64,000 nucleotides of DNA from Minutocellus sp. GHC0000111. Lineage: Eukaryota. The DNA is taken from positions 3,100,001 through 3,164,000 of the forward strand of contig OZ361257.1 in assembly GCA_977018835.1 (NCBI GenBank), in the 5' to 3' direction. Every line of letters begins with the position of its first letter. The stretch's first letter is position 1. A program made the translations under genes and the position numbers. Positions 46,574-58,757 of this stretch are shown here, piece by piece. Under the pieces are notes generated by a model. The model did not search any database, was not told the DNA's origin, and saw only the letters and a list, made by a program, of their open reading frames with translations.

Positions 46574-46988
46574 TGCTCGACTTGCTGATGGATTCACGCC
46601 TCGAATTCTATCAGAGTCACTAAAAATGGTTGTATTCACTATTAGTAAGAAATTTCTCACACAAAAAAAGAATGACGCATGAACTTACGTCTCCAGAAAA
46701 CAGAGAAAGCAGGCTATTTTCGAAAAAGTTAATATGAAAATGTACTCAACTTGATTTCTATGACGCAATTTGTTATTTGGGACATGGTGACAAAAATGCG
46801 GCACATCGGGCTACGTCACTGTCTTTTCAGATCAGGGCCTCGCGCGCGGATAGTTCTGTTCACACATAATTGACGCACGAGAGATGCCCGTCTCTCTCAT
46901 CGGTCGCACACGCACAAACTTGCCCATCCCATCCCACACAACAACATCCTTGATATAACACATACCGACAGAGATAGGAAACCAAAAC

Positions 46989-47866
46989 ATGACAGCATCA
47001 TCATCATCGCTGCCCCGTAGGAGCATTCTGAAGAACTCCCCTGGCAGCCGCTCAGGTCGCCGGGCGTGAGCGCGGATGGCTCCGTCTCCGGCCCTTCCTC
47101 AGTGCCGGTTCCTTATCAATCTCCCTTTTCCTTGATCCATCAATTAAACAATTCGGCCTGCGCCTTGATCAATCAGCACCAGCATGATCGCCGCCATCAG
47201 CCGCCTACGCCTCGAGTCCCCTACGAACCCTGCCAGTCGCCGTCGCCGTCGCCCCCTCCGCCGCCCATCGCGTCTGAGAGCTTCCGCTGCGCCCTCAAGG
47301 TCATCAAGGCCTGTCTCCAGGCCGGACCGGCCGGGATCTGGTCCAACCCCGCTGTCCACGAGGCATGCGGCGAGGCGTCAACACTTGCTTCCCGTGTCCG
47401 CCTTTCCCTCGACGACATGCAACGATGCGAAGGCAACGGCAGCAAGGCACCGGGCTGCGGCTACATGTACTCCTCCCCCAGCTCGATGCACGCGGCGAGG
47501 CCCACCAGCGCTACCGGCGACGACAAAAACTCCCCCCTCCCCATCGACCTCCTCGAGCTCAACTCGTACAGCCTCGAGCTCCACTCGGTCTACGTCCTGT
47601 ACAACATGGCCCTCGCGGCCCGCCTCTCCCCCGCGACGCCCGACGCCATCTCCCTCCAGCTCTACGACTACGCCCTTCAATCCTCCCACGCCATTTCCGA
47701 CCGTCATCGGAGACATCGTCTCCACCGCCTCATCCTGCTGGGCATGATCGACATCTACAGCTCCATCGACGGATACCAGGACGACGTTGCCAACCTCCTC
47801 GATCGCCTTCTCATGGAGGAGATTCGCCACCTCGTCGACTGTCCGGCGGCCTCTGCTGCGGCATAG
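46989..47866 (+). CDS. Hypothetical helical (TPR-like) protein ending in ASAAA; possible frameshift near 47064
   Basis: LNNSAC, VLYNMALA, LQLYDYAL and a terminal A-x-A-A pattern seen in an expanded diatom family; start uncertain. Confidence 0.6.
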
Positions 47867-48508
47867 CGCAGTACAACAGAGTGCATCATCCGTTGCACAC
47901 AAGTGCCATATCACACAAAGACACATTAGCTAGAACGCCCGCCTGCAAGCACACACATTGTCCCATCTACGTACCAACGTAGCAATCACGCTAGCTAGAC
48001 TAGCCAACCAGCCACAGACAAAATGTGCCATGCCCATATGCGCTACCGAGCGAGGGACGACAACTTACTTCCACACTACCTTTTGCCACCACGCCACCAC
48101 CCAGAGCCAAACATCGGCATCTAACCAAAAGCTAACCTCAGTCGAGGGTTCTGGTCAGCTTCGGTCGGCCATGTGCAGGGAATCACTTCCAGCATCACAT
48201 CAGCTACGCAGCGAACTTACTTCTCACTGACTCGGCTCAGCTAGCTACTAGTACGCAGATCGCCAGTTGCGTCCCAGGCTACCGTACCTACCATTCACAA
48301 TACTCATATCGTTCACACCACTCCATTCTTATAGATTTCATTGTATCACTAAATAACAAAATGGGTTTTCATCCGATTTGCGTAAATATTTTTACATGAC
48401 ATCAGACTTACCTTCAATTCAAGTCATTCCCGCCATTGCTATTGCACTGCGCCCCGCCTCATCGAAGGTTAGCTTTCGTCGTCGTCAGAGAACCGGTACT
48501 GCTGTACC

Positions 48509-50017
48509 ATGACGAAAAGCAGCAGCAGCTACATCGATAGGAGCCTGTTTGGAGAAAGGAGAAATGTCAAGCTACTCCGTAACAAGAGGAGGCAAAAGCT
48601 GCAGGACGAAGAGGCAAAGGCAGTCGCCGTTGTTGACGCCACGCCACCCTCACCTGCAGTTGCTGCAAGTCGTGAGGAGCTGAGAATCATTCAATCGCAT
48701 TCTATTGGGCCCTTCCCAACAAATGCATCCAAAGACTCTCTATCCACGAGCAATACCAACACCAATAATGAACGAGCAAGGGAGAGGAAGAAATATATGG
48801 AAGCCTTGGAAGCCAATGCCGCTGCCACCAGGAATCAAAGAGACGAGGACTCCTGCCAAAGCAACAAGCAACAGGCCAAGACACGTGCCATTCGAAGGCA
48901 AGCCCAGGAGAAGGTAGAAAACGAGGAAGAAGATGTAGTGAAGCGACTGCAAACCTACAGTCAGCGAGCCATTGCCTTTCACATTCGAGACATGCAGCTT
49001 CGAGATAAGGTGGTACAAGAACAAAAGGAGAAGGAATACGAGCGACGGATGGAACTGGCCATGGAGGCAGATCGGCTACGAGAGATTGAACGGAGGGAGC
49101 AGGAGGAGGCAGACAAGGTACAAAGGCTCGTGGAGGCACGTAGGGTAATCGAAGATCAGATCAACGAGCGTCATCAGCAGCAGCTGTTGCGGGAGGAGGC
49201 CAAGGATCAAGAAAATCGAGATATGCTGGAGCAAATCAAACGATTTCAGCTCGAAGAGGAGGATCGAGCCAAGGAACGGAAGGAGCAGGCTGCCCTGGCC
49301 CGGCTGGAGGTGATCCGACTTAACGAGGAAGCAGCCGAGGCCAAGAGGCTGGAGCGGCTCCGTGAGAAAGAGGAGGATGATCAGATATTGGCCTATCAGG
49401 CTCAGCAAGATGAGATTTTGCGGAAGCGGGAGGAGGAAGAGCGAGAGGCAGAACTACAGAAGAAGGAGCTGCAGAAGAAGCTTCTCGAGAACCAATCTCG
49501 CACGTTGGATAGGCGTGCTGAGCTAGATGAGCTCCGAGCCCGTCGAGCGGCCGAGCAGAAGGAACGCGAGTTCCGTCGAAAGGAGCTTGCCGAGGCCCAA
49601 AAGAGGAAGAAGGATCTCGCCATGCTGCAGGAAGCTCACTGGCAGCAGGAGGAAGAGAAGAAACAGGAACGACGGAGACTAGCCAAAATGAGACAAGAAG
49701 AGTACGAGGGAGCCATGAGACAGGCAAAGAACATGGCACGCCGGGAGGAGCAAGAGGCCGAACTCGTTCGAAGAAAGAATGCCGAATTCCGGTTGGCAAT
49801 CCAGCAGCAAATTTTAGACCGTGAATTGCAACGCAAGGCTCAACAGCGCGAAAAGTTCAACGAAGGGCGCCGTAGACAAGAAGCAATGAAAGAAGACATT
49901 GCAAAGATGGAAGCCATTCGAGACAGAATGGTGAAGGAGTTGCAAGATCAGGGCATTCGTCGGGAATATTGGGCCGAAATGATGAGGCTGGACATTGGGG
50001 ACTTTCTGAGCAAATGA
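48509..50017 (+). CDS. CFAP45: Cilia- and flagella-associated protein 45 (TPH-domain coiled coil)
   Basis: E/R/K coiled coil with IRD.Q..DK, ME.DRL, RAELDELRARRAAEQKEREFRRKE and terminal L...GI...Y..E motifs. Confidence 0.8.
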   Translation: MTKSSSSYIDRSLFGERRNVKLLRNKRRQKLQDEEAKAVAVVDATPPSPAVAASREELRIIQSHSIGPFPTNASKDSLSTSNTNTNNERARERKKYMEALEANAAATRNQRDEDSCQSNKQQAKTRAIRRQAQEKVENEEEDVVKRLQTYSQRAIAFHIRDMQLRDKVVQEQKEKEYERRMELAMEADRLREIERREQEEADKVQRLVEARRVIEDQINERHQQQLLREEAKDQENRDMLEQIKRFQLEEEDRAKERKEQAALARLEVIRLNEEAAEAKRLERLREKEEDDQILAYQAQQDEILRKREEEEREAELQKKELQKKLLENQSRTLDRRAELDELRARRAAEQKEREFRRKELAEAQKRKKDLAMLQEAHWQQEEEKKQERRRLAKMRQEEYEGAMRQAKNMARREEQEAELVRRKNAEFRLAIQQQILDRELQRKAQQREKFNEGRRRQEAMKEDIAKMEAIRDRMVKELQDQGIRREYWAEMMRLDIGDFLSK

Positions 50018-50057
50018 ACAAGCGAAACAATGCTACTAATACATGTTAACATGCAAA

Positions 50058-50182
50058 TATCAAATTGTCATCTGAGGGTAAGATCAATAGGGTCAAGGCA
50101 ATTCGCCGTACGAACTTCGTCTTTCTAATTCGTAGTGATGTTCAGGGCCACTCCTGTACCCAGGTAACCTCGGAATTGCCTC
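50058..50182 (-). mobile_element. Short 3' fragment of the same non-LTR family
   Basis: Reverse complement aligns with 22275-22392. Confidence 0.8.
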
Positions 50183-50205
50183 CGCGACTCTAGCCTATAC
50201 ATGTA

Positions 50206-51177
50206 TAACAATTTTCTACGTAGACGTTTATAGGATCGACATAATCAGAAGATGAGAAGCGAAGAAAGTAGGATAAGCAAAGCCAGCCGCAAATAATTAC
50301 TCATAGCGCCGTTCAGGTCCACTTCTAAATCCTCTAAACTGCTCGTAGTAACCATATTCTCGACTCGAATGACGAGCCGAGAATCCGTCACCATCAGAGC
50401 ATCTACCAGTCCCAAAATGATTCTTTGCCTCCTCAGCGACCCTAGCTGCCTCTCCTCTCGAGCCTCGAACAAAATGCAGTCGTGATCTCTTGTGTAAAGA
50501 GAGACCGCGGGCAATGGCGCCAGCAATCGCTCGTCGATAAAGGTGCAAGGTGACAGAATATGCTCCACCCTTTACCTCGGTCTCAAAAATCGGAGAATTA
50601 TATACTGCATCACCCCGAGCTACCGCCATGCGAGCGCAAACTTTTAGTACCTCTTGGAAGTCTTCGTTTGTTTCACCGTATGCTCCGATTACGAGCGGGA
50701 TAACACCTCCTCTACAGAAAGTATTGTAGGCATTCTGGAACGGACCTGAAGCGCCATCGGTGCTGTCCTCCGTCACATTTGGAGCAAAGACTTGATCAAT
50801 CCTCTTAACCTTTCGAACGTACTCGGACTTGATGCCAGTAGCGCGAGATTCCACCGCTTTCGTTTGAGCGAAGTTGTATCGAGTAGGGCAGGCAGTAATA
50901 GTCTTCATCTCGAAGATAGAAGGCGGTACTACAGTTTCTGCCAGCTCGTCGAGGGCGGTCAGAGCTTGGATTGTTATAGACGATGATGTCTGGCACCATG
51001 CATTGTCGTCTATCCGATCCACTGAGTTTTTCTCCTCACTCTCGGTTGATTGCAGTGGAATATTGATCAATAAAAGGAGAAGGAACCTTTCCATGAAACA
51101 TGTTCCACGCTTCCGAGTCAGAGACGAATCCAGCTTCTCGCATGATTGACCGAGTCAGGTGTACAGCGTCGTTGTGA
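50206..51177 (-). mobile_element. 5'-truncated, degenerate non-LTR retrotransposon encoding a restriction-like endonuclease (CRE-like), with a 14-bp target duplication
   Basis: HND...E...VPDIIV...FEMKT...PLVIGAYGE across frameshifts; AGCCTATACATGTA at 50192-50205 and 51178-51191. Confidence 0.78.
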
Positions 51178-51554
51178 AGCCTATACATGTAGGGGCGATT
51201 TGGATAGAGGCCGGCCGGTGCAAGGTATATAACGTTACGTAGGTCTTATGTAAGCACTTACATATCATTTCTTATTCTATCTGTTCTTTTGCGTGTAATT
51301 TCCACCACTAATGGGCCCCTCTACTATCTTTCTCTTGTCGTCGTGCATGCACCGGCACAACAGAGTAACATAGCAAGAGAGTAAAAGTCATCTATTGATT
51401 CTACAGCTTGTGCGCCACCAGAACACAAGTGCGGACCATCGCAAAAAGCGTGATACCACGTCCTTTTCCTTCGAGGCTGCTACATACAGGGATAATCATT
51501 TAGTACAAGTCAGATCCTTCTTTCCTCCATACGATTAAACCCCTCTGGTGGTTC

Positions 51555-53780
51555 TTATGCCGATCCATCAGCCTTGTTCAAGTCCTCAACAGCCTCTCGC
51601 CTTCTGGCGTAGTACTGATCGATGACCTTCTTGGGAATCTTCTTGAGCAGCTCCTTGGGGAAGGCACGGAGGATACCCCAAGCAAGGTCGAGCGACTCGA
51701 AAATGGTACGAGCCTGGTACGGGCCCTGCGAAACGAACTTGCCCTCGAACCTCTCAAGGAAGGACAGGTACAGATGATCCTCCATGGAGAGAGCCTCCTC
51801 ACCGACGACGGCCTTCATAGCCATAACATCCTTACCCATGGCATACGAGGCGTAGAGCTGGTTGGACACAGAGCCGTGGTCGCCACGAGTCATGCCCTCT
51901 CCAATGGCCGACTTCATCAAACGCGACAGCGACGGAAGGACGTTAATCGGGGGGAAAATGCCCTTGGTGTGCAGCTGACGGTCGAGGTAGATCTGTCCCT
52001 CGGTAATGTAACCCGTAAGATCGGGAATGGGGTGAGTAATATCATCGTTGGGCATGGTAAGGATGGGGAGCTGGGTGATGGAACCGTTACGGCCAACGAC
52101 ACGTCCGGCACGCTCGTAAATGGTGGAAAGATCGGTGTACATGTAACCGGGGTAACCACGGCGGCCAGGAACCTCCTCACGGGCAGCGGAAACCTCACGG
52201 AGGGCATCGGCGTAGGAAGACATGTCGGTAAGGATGACCAGGACGTGAAGGTCGCGCTCGTAGGCAAGGTACTCGGCGGTGGTAAGGGCGAGACGGGGGG
52301 TAATGATACGCTCAATGGTGGGATCGTTGGCAAGGTTGAGGAAAAGGGCCGTGCGCTGCATGGCACCGGATTCCTCGAAGTCGGAGCGGAAGAAACGGGC
52401 GGTTTCCATGTTCACGCCCATGGCACCGAAGACGATGGCGAAGTTCTCCTCGTGTCCATCGACGGTGTCCTTCTGCTGGACGAGAGAGGCCTGACGGGCA
52501 ATCTGGGCGGCGACCTCATTGTGGGGAAGACCGGCGGCGGAGAAGATGGGGATCTTCTGTCCACGGGCGACAGAGTTCATGACGTCAATGGCGGAGATAC
52601 CGGTCTGAATCATGGCCTTGGGGTAGTCACGGGAGGAGGGGTTGATGGGCTGTCCGTTGATGTCGAGGTAGGCCTCGGCCAGGACCTTGGGGGCGGAGTC
52701 GATGACCTTTCCGGATCCGTTGAAGGATCGGCCAAGCATTTCCTCGGAAACTCCCATCTTGAGGACGTCGCCGGTGAATTCGCAGTGCGTCTTGCGGTTG
52801 TCAATGCCGGAGGTACCCTCAAAGACCTGAACGACGGCACGGGAACCGGCAACCTCAAGGACCTGACCGGAACGCTCGGTGCCATCTCCGAGGCGGAGGT
52901 TGACAATTTCGGCGAACTTGGGGAGCTTGACATTGTCCAGAATGACCAGAGGACCGTTCACACCGGAGATGGTACTGTTGTTTGAGTTGATAAGGATGAT
53001 TTTGCGATAAAGCGGGCAAAAGGAACATAAACATTCGATGAGAAATGTTTAAGAGTTGGAGGAGAAGGCATGGTATCATCGGATCTTGTCGGCATATTCC
53101 CAGCCAAGCATGAGAATTGCACCCATCTTATCTTCTTGCATTCGCTAAGCCCATGGAGGGAGCCTTGGGGTTGCAAAAAGGTCGGTAGGGATATTTGGCT
53201 CGTTTGGGTTTGGCATGTTTTTTTTGGCTTGGTTGGTTGGAGATGACGTTCGATCGCTCGACTGCATCCGCACTCCCTCCCACGCTCTGAGCCCCCCGGA
53301 AGAGACCGACAACCATGACGACCATACACGTGGTTATTCCAATCACCCAGTCCACTCCGGCCTAGGCAATTTTCCGTTGCTTATCCCTCCGGCGCACTAA
53401 TGTCTAGGCCTACCAACGCTGCCGCCGCGGCAGATCGTTAGGGGACGGAACTGGAACTGGCCGCCAAAAATTCCCCGGTACATGATGTGCCTAAAAGATG
53501 TGTGTTCCACCCCATGCAACCTACGATTACGATGCTCACACCGCGTGCAGGCATGTCGCTGGAATGGGAATGCATCCTTCAACCTCAAGATGATGGTCGC
53601 GCCCCCTTTCATAGGCAAAGCATAGCAGCATAGCACACGCAAAACATAAGGCCAACGCCAACCCACCGCCAAACACAAAACTCACCGGTAGTCCAGGCGG
53701 GGATGGACGGCGTAGTCCTGGACGACGCCGAGCTGGTCGAGCTTTTGACGCTCCGGGATGAACCGCTCCTCGTGAGACAT
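51555..53780 (-). CDS. ATP6V1B: V-type H+-ATPase subunit B; intron 52975-53685
   Basis: [65 protein letters not shown]. Confidence 0.97.
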
Positions 53781-53932
53781 GGTTGGAAGCTTGCTTTGTA
53801 AGGTAGCGGATAGGGAGGGGGGTAGGTTGGGCGGGTCGGACGATATCCTATGCTTACGCAAGGGACCGCCAATAACCGAAGGAGTGTGGTGCGTGTAGCA
53901 AGCGCAGAAGCTTTTTGGCGATCTGCAATGCC

Positions 53933-54141
53933 GACCTCGTATGGCATTATTTAGCCTCGTATAGACCTCGTATGGCATTATTTAGCGTTTCCTCGTATAG
54001 CGTCCGTCCAAATTAATCGCAACGTCGTCTGCCGAGACAAAATGCTCAGGAATGTAAGGCGATTTTGATGTGGATGGACTGGTCGATACGAGGTCTTTCC
54101 AGCAATAAATATTAAAAAGTGCGTGATAACCCTAACCCTAA
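53933..54141. promoter_or_regulatory. Candidate bidirectional promoter elements: 23-bp direct repeat, four CCTCGTAT motifs, telo-box-like TAACCCTAACCCTAA
   Basis: GACCTCGTATGGCATTATTTAGC at 53933 and 53964; telomere-like motif at 54127-54141; function not shown. Confidence 0.4.
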
Positions 54142-54198
54142 CAGCTCCAGCACGCGCATAAGAGGAAAAAACACAGAGACCGACCAGTCAGCCCAACC

Positions 54199-55026
54199 AT
54201 GAGCAGCGGTACCGGTATTCAAGAGCTGATGGCGGCCGAGACCCGGGCGTCTCAGATCGTGGCCGAGGCCAGGGCCGCCCGCGGCGATCGGATGAAGCAG
54301 GCCAAGTGAGTTTCCTTTTACGTGTAGTGTAGGAGGGGTTCGGCTCCGGCTCCGTCCGGCTCCGCACGAACTGACGGCAGCTCAACAGCAGGAGTCGGCC
54401 ACGAAAAAATTAAATGCTGGATCAGTTGCAATGGCCAAAAGGTAGACAAGCGCCCGGGATACTTTGGCGATAACACGGAAATATATTGCAGGGGGGTGTC
54501 CCACCGGCCAATCAAACTAACTCGGCGCAGCACTTGAGATGATGATTTTCGGCGACGAGAGAATGGTCGGAGGCACAGTAGATAGAAATGCAGCCGTTCC
54601 GTTCAGCTGGTGGTTTTGTATTTTGCCCTTGGCCAATGCGTCGAAGATCAATATAGATGCACACCTTGCATTCCTCATTCCTGATTGATATCTAACGCTT
54701 TCGTCCCGTTTCTCCTCTGTCGTCATCATCATTCAACATCAAAAATCAAAAACAGGGTCGATGCCCAAACCCTCATTGATACGTACAGGGGTGAGAAGCA
54801 GGAGGAGTTCAATAGCCGAGTCCTGGCGGCGGGCGGTACCGGCGGATCGGCCTCCGCCAAGCTCCAGGCAGAAACCAACAACGACATCCAGGCCATGCAG
54901 GGACAGTTCCAGTCCAACGCACAGAAGGCCACCGACGTACTCCTTTCCAAGTGCTGTGAGGTGAGCCTCGAGGTCCCGACCGCACGAGTTCGGGCCACAC
55001 AGAAGGCGTACGGCGTTGCCAACTAA
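54199..55026 (+). CDS. ATP6V1G: V-type H+-ATPase subunit G; intron 54306-54755
   Basis: MSSGTGIQELMAAETRASQIVAEARAARGDRMKQAK|VDAQTLIDTYR..KQEEF; exon 1 is missing from the ORF track. Confidence 0.93.
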
Positions 55027-55587
55027 GTAGAATCTAGAGGCACCAACCAAGTGCAGTAGATCTAGTCCTGCAGCGTCCTGCAGCGCATACATATGTAGGC
55101 CAATGTTTATTCACGTGCATATATACTATATACCGTAGATCGAGTTTATGCATTATAGGGCATAGAGGGCAAAACTTGGGGTATCGAGAGACGGAGGGTG
55201 AGAATAGAAAATGGAAAGGATCGTGAACCATTTGTTGGAGTCCCGAGACAAAATGAAGTGGAAATGAACTTGAGAATTGGGGGTGGGTTGTTCACATGAC
55301 TCCTTTTAGAGACCATGGTAACCGCAATTAACAATCAAGACACATTGAACGAGATCTACATGTACGCACCGGTAGAACAAAGTTTCGATGCATTTCTCTT
55401 GCGCTTAGATCAACTCAAACGATGATTTTTGTCTCTTTTGTGGTCTAGAGAGCTACCGCACTGGTAATGACTTGGAAATAGAGTAGGCACAATTCATGGA
55501 AACTAGCGACACAAAAAAAATGCAACAAGAGACAGCCGATTACGGTAAATGAAAAGTCTTCCATTCGAAAAAATAAATTAGTTTAGT

Positions 55588-57174
55588 TTATTTCTTCTTG
55601 CCACCCGAGGTGTTGTGCATGAAAACGACAATGTCGCCATCCTGCATCTCGTACAGCTTGCCTTCTTGTCTGTACTTGCCAGCTTCTTTCGGTCCGGCCA
55701 TACTGGGCTTTCCATCATGGTACTTCTTGAAATCATCGAATGCGCACACTTCGGCCTTGATGAAACCACGCTCAAAGTCGGTGTGAATGACACCAGCGGC
55801 CTGTGGCGCAAGGGTACCCTTCATGATCGTCCAGGCGCGAACCTCCTTCGGTCCGGCTGTGTAGAAGGACTGCAGGCACAGAGCCTGCCGTCCTGATCGG
55901 ATCAGGCGGGGGATGATCGACTTTGCGACGAATGCTGGTCCGGTGAGGCCCTGATCCTTGGCCTGCTGCGTGCATTCATCGAGGAACGCTGTAAGGAAAT
56001 ATGGAGAGGCAATGATAAAGAAATGGTATGAGAATGGATGTGATAGTGTATTTGGGGAAGCGGCGACTCTTCTGCATTCTATCCACATTTCTCCATTCAA
56101 AATACAACTCACCCTTCTGAGCAGCAGGGTCGTCCTTCAGATCCCAGTATTCCTGCTCGAACTCGCAGCTCATGGGGATGACCTGACCACCACCGTGAGT
56201 GTCCACCCATTCCTTAATCTTCGGCAGCCACTTTGAGGCCTTGCGGATGAAGTTCTTCTTGCTGAGGTTGACCACGTATATTTGTGGCTTGGTTGTGATG
56301 AGGCCCCAATCCTTGATCAGCTCGACCTCACCATTGGTGAAATCGCCAGTTTGGACTGGCGTGTTGGCCTCGAGCAATTTGTTCACCTTCTCAAATGCGG
56401 ACAAGAAGGTATCGCTGAACTTCACTTCTGCCTGGCGCGACATGCCCTTCTCCTTGCGGATGCGATCCTTCTCGCGCTCCTCCGTCTTGCTCATGGTCTC
56501 CCTATCCTTGGCACAAAGCTCACCCTGGATGGTGTCAAGGTCGCGAATGGGATCGACGGAATCATCAACATGAACGATGTCGTCATCATCAAAAGCACGA
56601 ACCAGATGGAAAATACCATCGACGGCGGCAATGTGCGAAAGGAAGGCATTACCAAGTCCAGCACCCTCCGATGCGCCACGGATCAGACCAGCAATGTCAG
56701 TAACCTTGAGAGCGGCCGGAACAACGCTAGGAGGCTTCCAGCAGTCCGCCAAATACTTGAATTTCTGGTCGGGGACGATGCACCGAACGACGTTGGGGTC
56801 GATGGTGCAGAAGGGGTAGTTAGCGGCCTCGGCATGAGCAGCTCCAGCCAAGAGATTGGTCAAGGTCGACTTTCCAACGTTGGGAAGCCCTGATTGTGAA
56901 TGATGGAATAGATGCATGTACATGTTAGAAAAAAGTATGGAAGAAACGGCTGCGAGGCATTATAGCCTACAACATAATATGTGCAACAGTTGCAGCGGAA
57001 GCAATGCGTTGCTTTTGTGTTTTGTCCGCGCAACCGCCAAGTTTCCCCTCGCTCTGGAATGAGACCAAACTCACCAACAAATCCCATCGCAAGGTCATTC
57101 TTTACGCGACCGAATCGGGCAGCCTTCATGGCCCCGAGGTCCTCGGCCTCTTCCTTCTTCTTCTTGGGTGGCAT
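55588..57174 (-). CDS. OLA1: Obg-like ATPase 1 / YchF; introns 56890-57074 and 55989-56112
   Basis: GFVGLPNVGKST, ANYPFCTIDP, DIAGL, FYTAGPKEVRAWTI, APQAAGVIHTDFERGFI. Confidence 0.96.
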
Positions 57175-58017
57175 GGTGGGGTTCTACGGTTGGGTTTTTG
57201 TTGTTATTCCTACGTCCAATGCGAGAGCGATACCAGCAAAATGCCGCGTATTGGGTTATGAGGCAAATCGTGACGGCGGAAAGACTAAATTATCGGCACG
57301 ACCATTGTCCCATGAATATTGAATTGCCTGCTGCTGCGGCCCTTGGCGTGTTGACACTTTTGTTCCGTCGTCGGCTGGCGGCCCCCTCTGGCCCTCTGGC
57401 GTCGACTGCATGCACAGTGCAGTGCCGATGCCAGATGCCCCCCCCCCCATCGCCGCCTCGTAAAGGCCATGTACACCTATAAAATGACAACACGCATAGA
57501 TTGGGAATTCCTTCATCCAGTGCAAGCCACCACCGGCAATGCAGCAAATCAAAGCAAGTGGTCTCTCCTTTTCTTCTTCCGAGTTGGGAGAGCGTGGGCT
57601 CCTGCTGCTCAGAAAGATTAACACAAGCACAGATCAAAATAAAAACTAAAACTTGGTACCTTTAAAAGTAATCGTAATGTCTCTTACTTTTAAAAAGTCA
57701 AAAGTATATCTGGGAGAGCCCGCCAACAAACAAACTACCATTTGTTCGGTGGGACGTTTCAAGGGTCAGACCCAGACATTGTTGTGGAAAAATAGGTTCA
57801 CTCGTTGGCCGCCGATTCTCCCTCTTCAAGCCCCTTCCACCCGAAACCAAGGGTGCAATGGCTTAAGTGTGACGCTGGAAGAGGTAGAATTCGACAAAAT
57901 AAAAGCTATGACGGTATCGGTATGATGATGGCCGATCAGAAAAAAAGCGCTCCCAAGAAAAGTAGACGCAGACTTTTTGCTCGTCAACAAAGCAAGCAAG
58001 CTAGAGCTAGCTCGAAC

Positions 58018-58491
58018 TTAGGCCTTGCCATCGTAGCCCTTCTGGGGGTCGGTGTTGCCGGACCAGTCAAACTTGGTCTTGGCCATGCGGTGGCCGCGGG
58101 TGACGGACTTGAACCAGGACTGGCTGGTGTCGGTGCCACGGTCGAGGTAGAACTGGGTGTAGTCGAGGAACTTTCCGGCCTTGGCGACGTTGCGGTCGTA
58201 GTTGGCCTTCTTCTTGGCGGACTCCTTGTCGCGGATGGAGTTGTACTCGGTGGCGGAAAGGCCGGAGGGGACGTAGGAGTTGGAGCCGATCTTGCCCTGG
58301 GCAAGGTTCTTGCGGCTGCGGGCACCGTAGTCGTTCTGGTCGGCGACGGGGGCAAAGAGGTCCATGTCAAAGATGCGGGCGGCGATGGACTTCTTCTCGG
58401 CGAGCGAGGTGGCGGGGCGGCCGGCCTGCTGGGGGGCGAAGGCGGCGGCAGAGCCGATGAGGGCGGCAGCGACGACGGTCTGAGTCTTCAT
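58018..58491 (-). CDS. Small plastid-targeted hypothetical protein
   Basis: Signal peptide plus AAAFAP; strong C/G third-position codon bias. Confidence 0.8.
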   Translation of the reverse strand: MKTQTVVAAALIGSAAAFAPQQAGRPATSLAEKKSIAARIFDMDLFAPVADQNDYGARSRKNLAQGKIGSNSYVPSGLSATEYNSIRDKESAKKKANYDRNVAKAGKFLDYTQFYLDRGTDTSQSWFKSVTRGHRMAKTKFDWSGNTDPQKGYDGKA

Positions 58492-58757
58492 GGTTTCAAT
58501 TATGGTATTGACTTCTTGCAAGAGAGAGTGAAGTCCAGTGCGATCGAATTCAGCGACGCAAGCATTTTTGGCACTTCAACACAAAGATTTGATTTGCTCC
58601 GGGTTCGGAAACTCGGAAACGTATCGATGCATTGCTAAAGTACAGTCGCCTGTTGGTTGAGAACGTGCTACAAGAAGACAAATGGTGAAATGACGTGTCT
58701 TGCTTCCACTTGCACTCCTTGGTCATTATTGCCTCCTGCTCAGCTAAAAGCATTACC

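Noticed and set aside
1691..47866. Frameshifts in many genes (near 2240, 5180, 10010, 14425, 21650, several in 36300-36990, 43250, 47064) as pseudogenes or programmed frameshifting
   Set aside because: They are single-base indels in otherwise intact, unrelated genes with no shared slippery motif; assembly indel error is the simplest explanation and needs read-level polishing to confirm
51774..52985. 403-aa antisense ORF over V-ATPase B (also 57805-58638, 43391-44461, 56282-56893)
   Set aside because: Shadow ORFs expected from strong codon bias on the coding strand; no protein-like motifs
54127..54141. TAACCC repeats as a telomere or chromosome fusion point
   Set aside because: Only 2.5 units in a promoter position; better read as a telo-box-like motif
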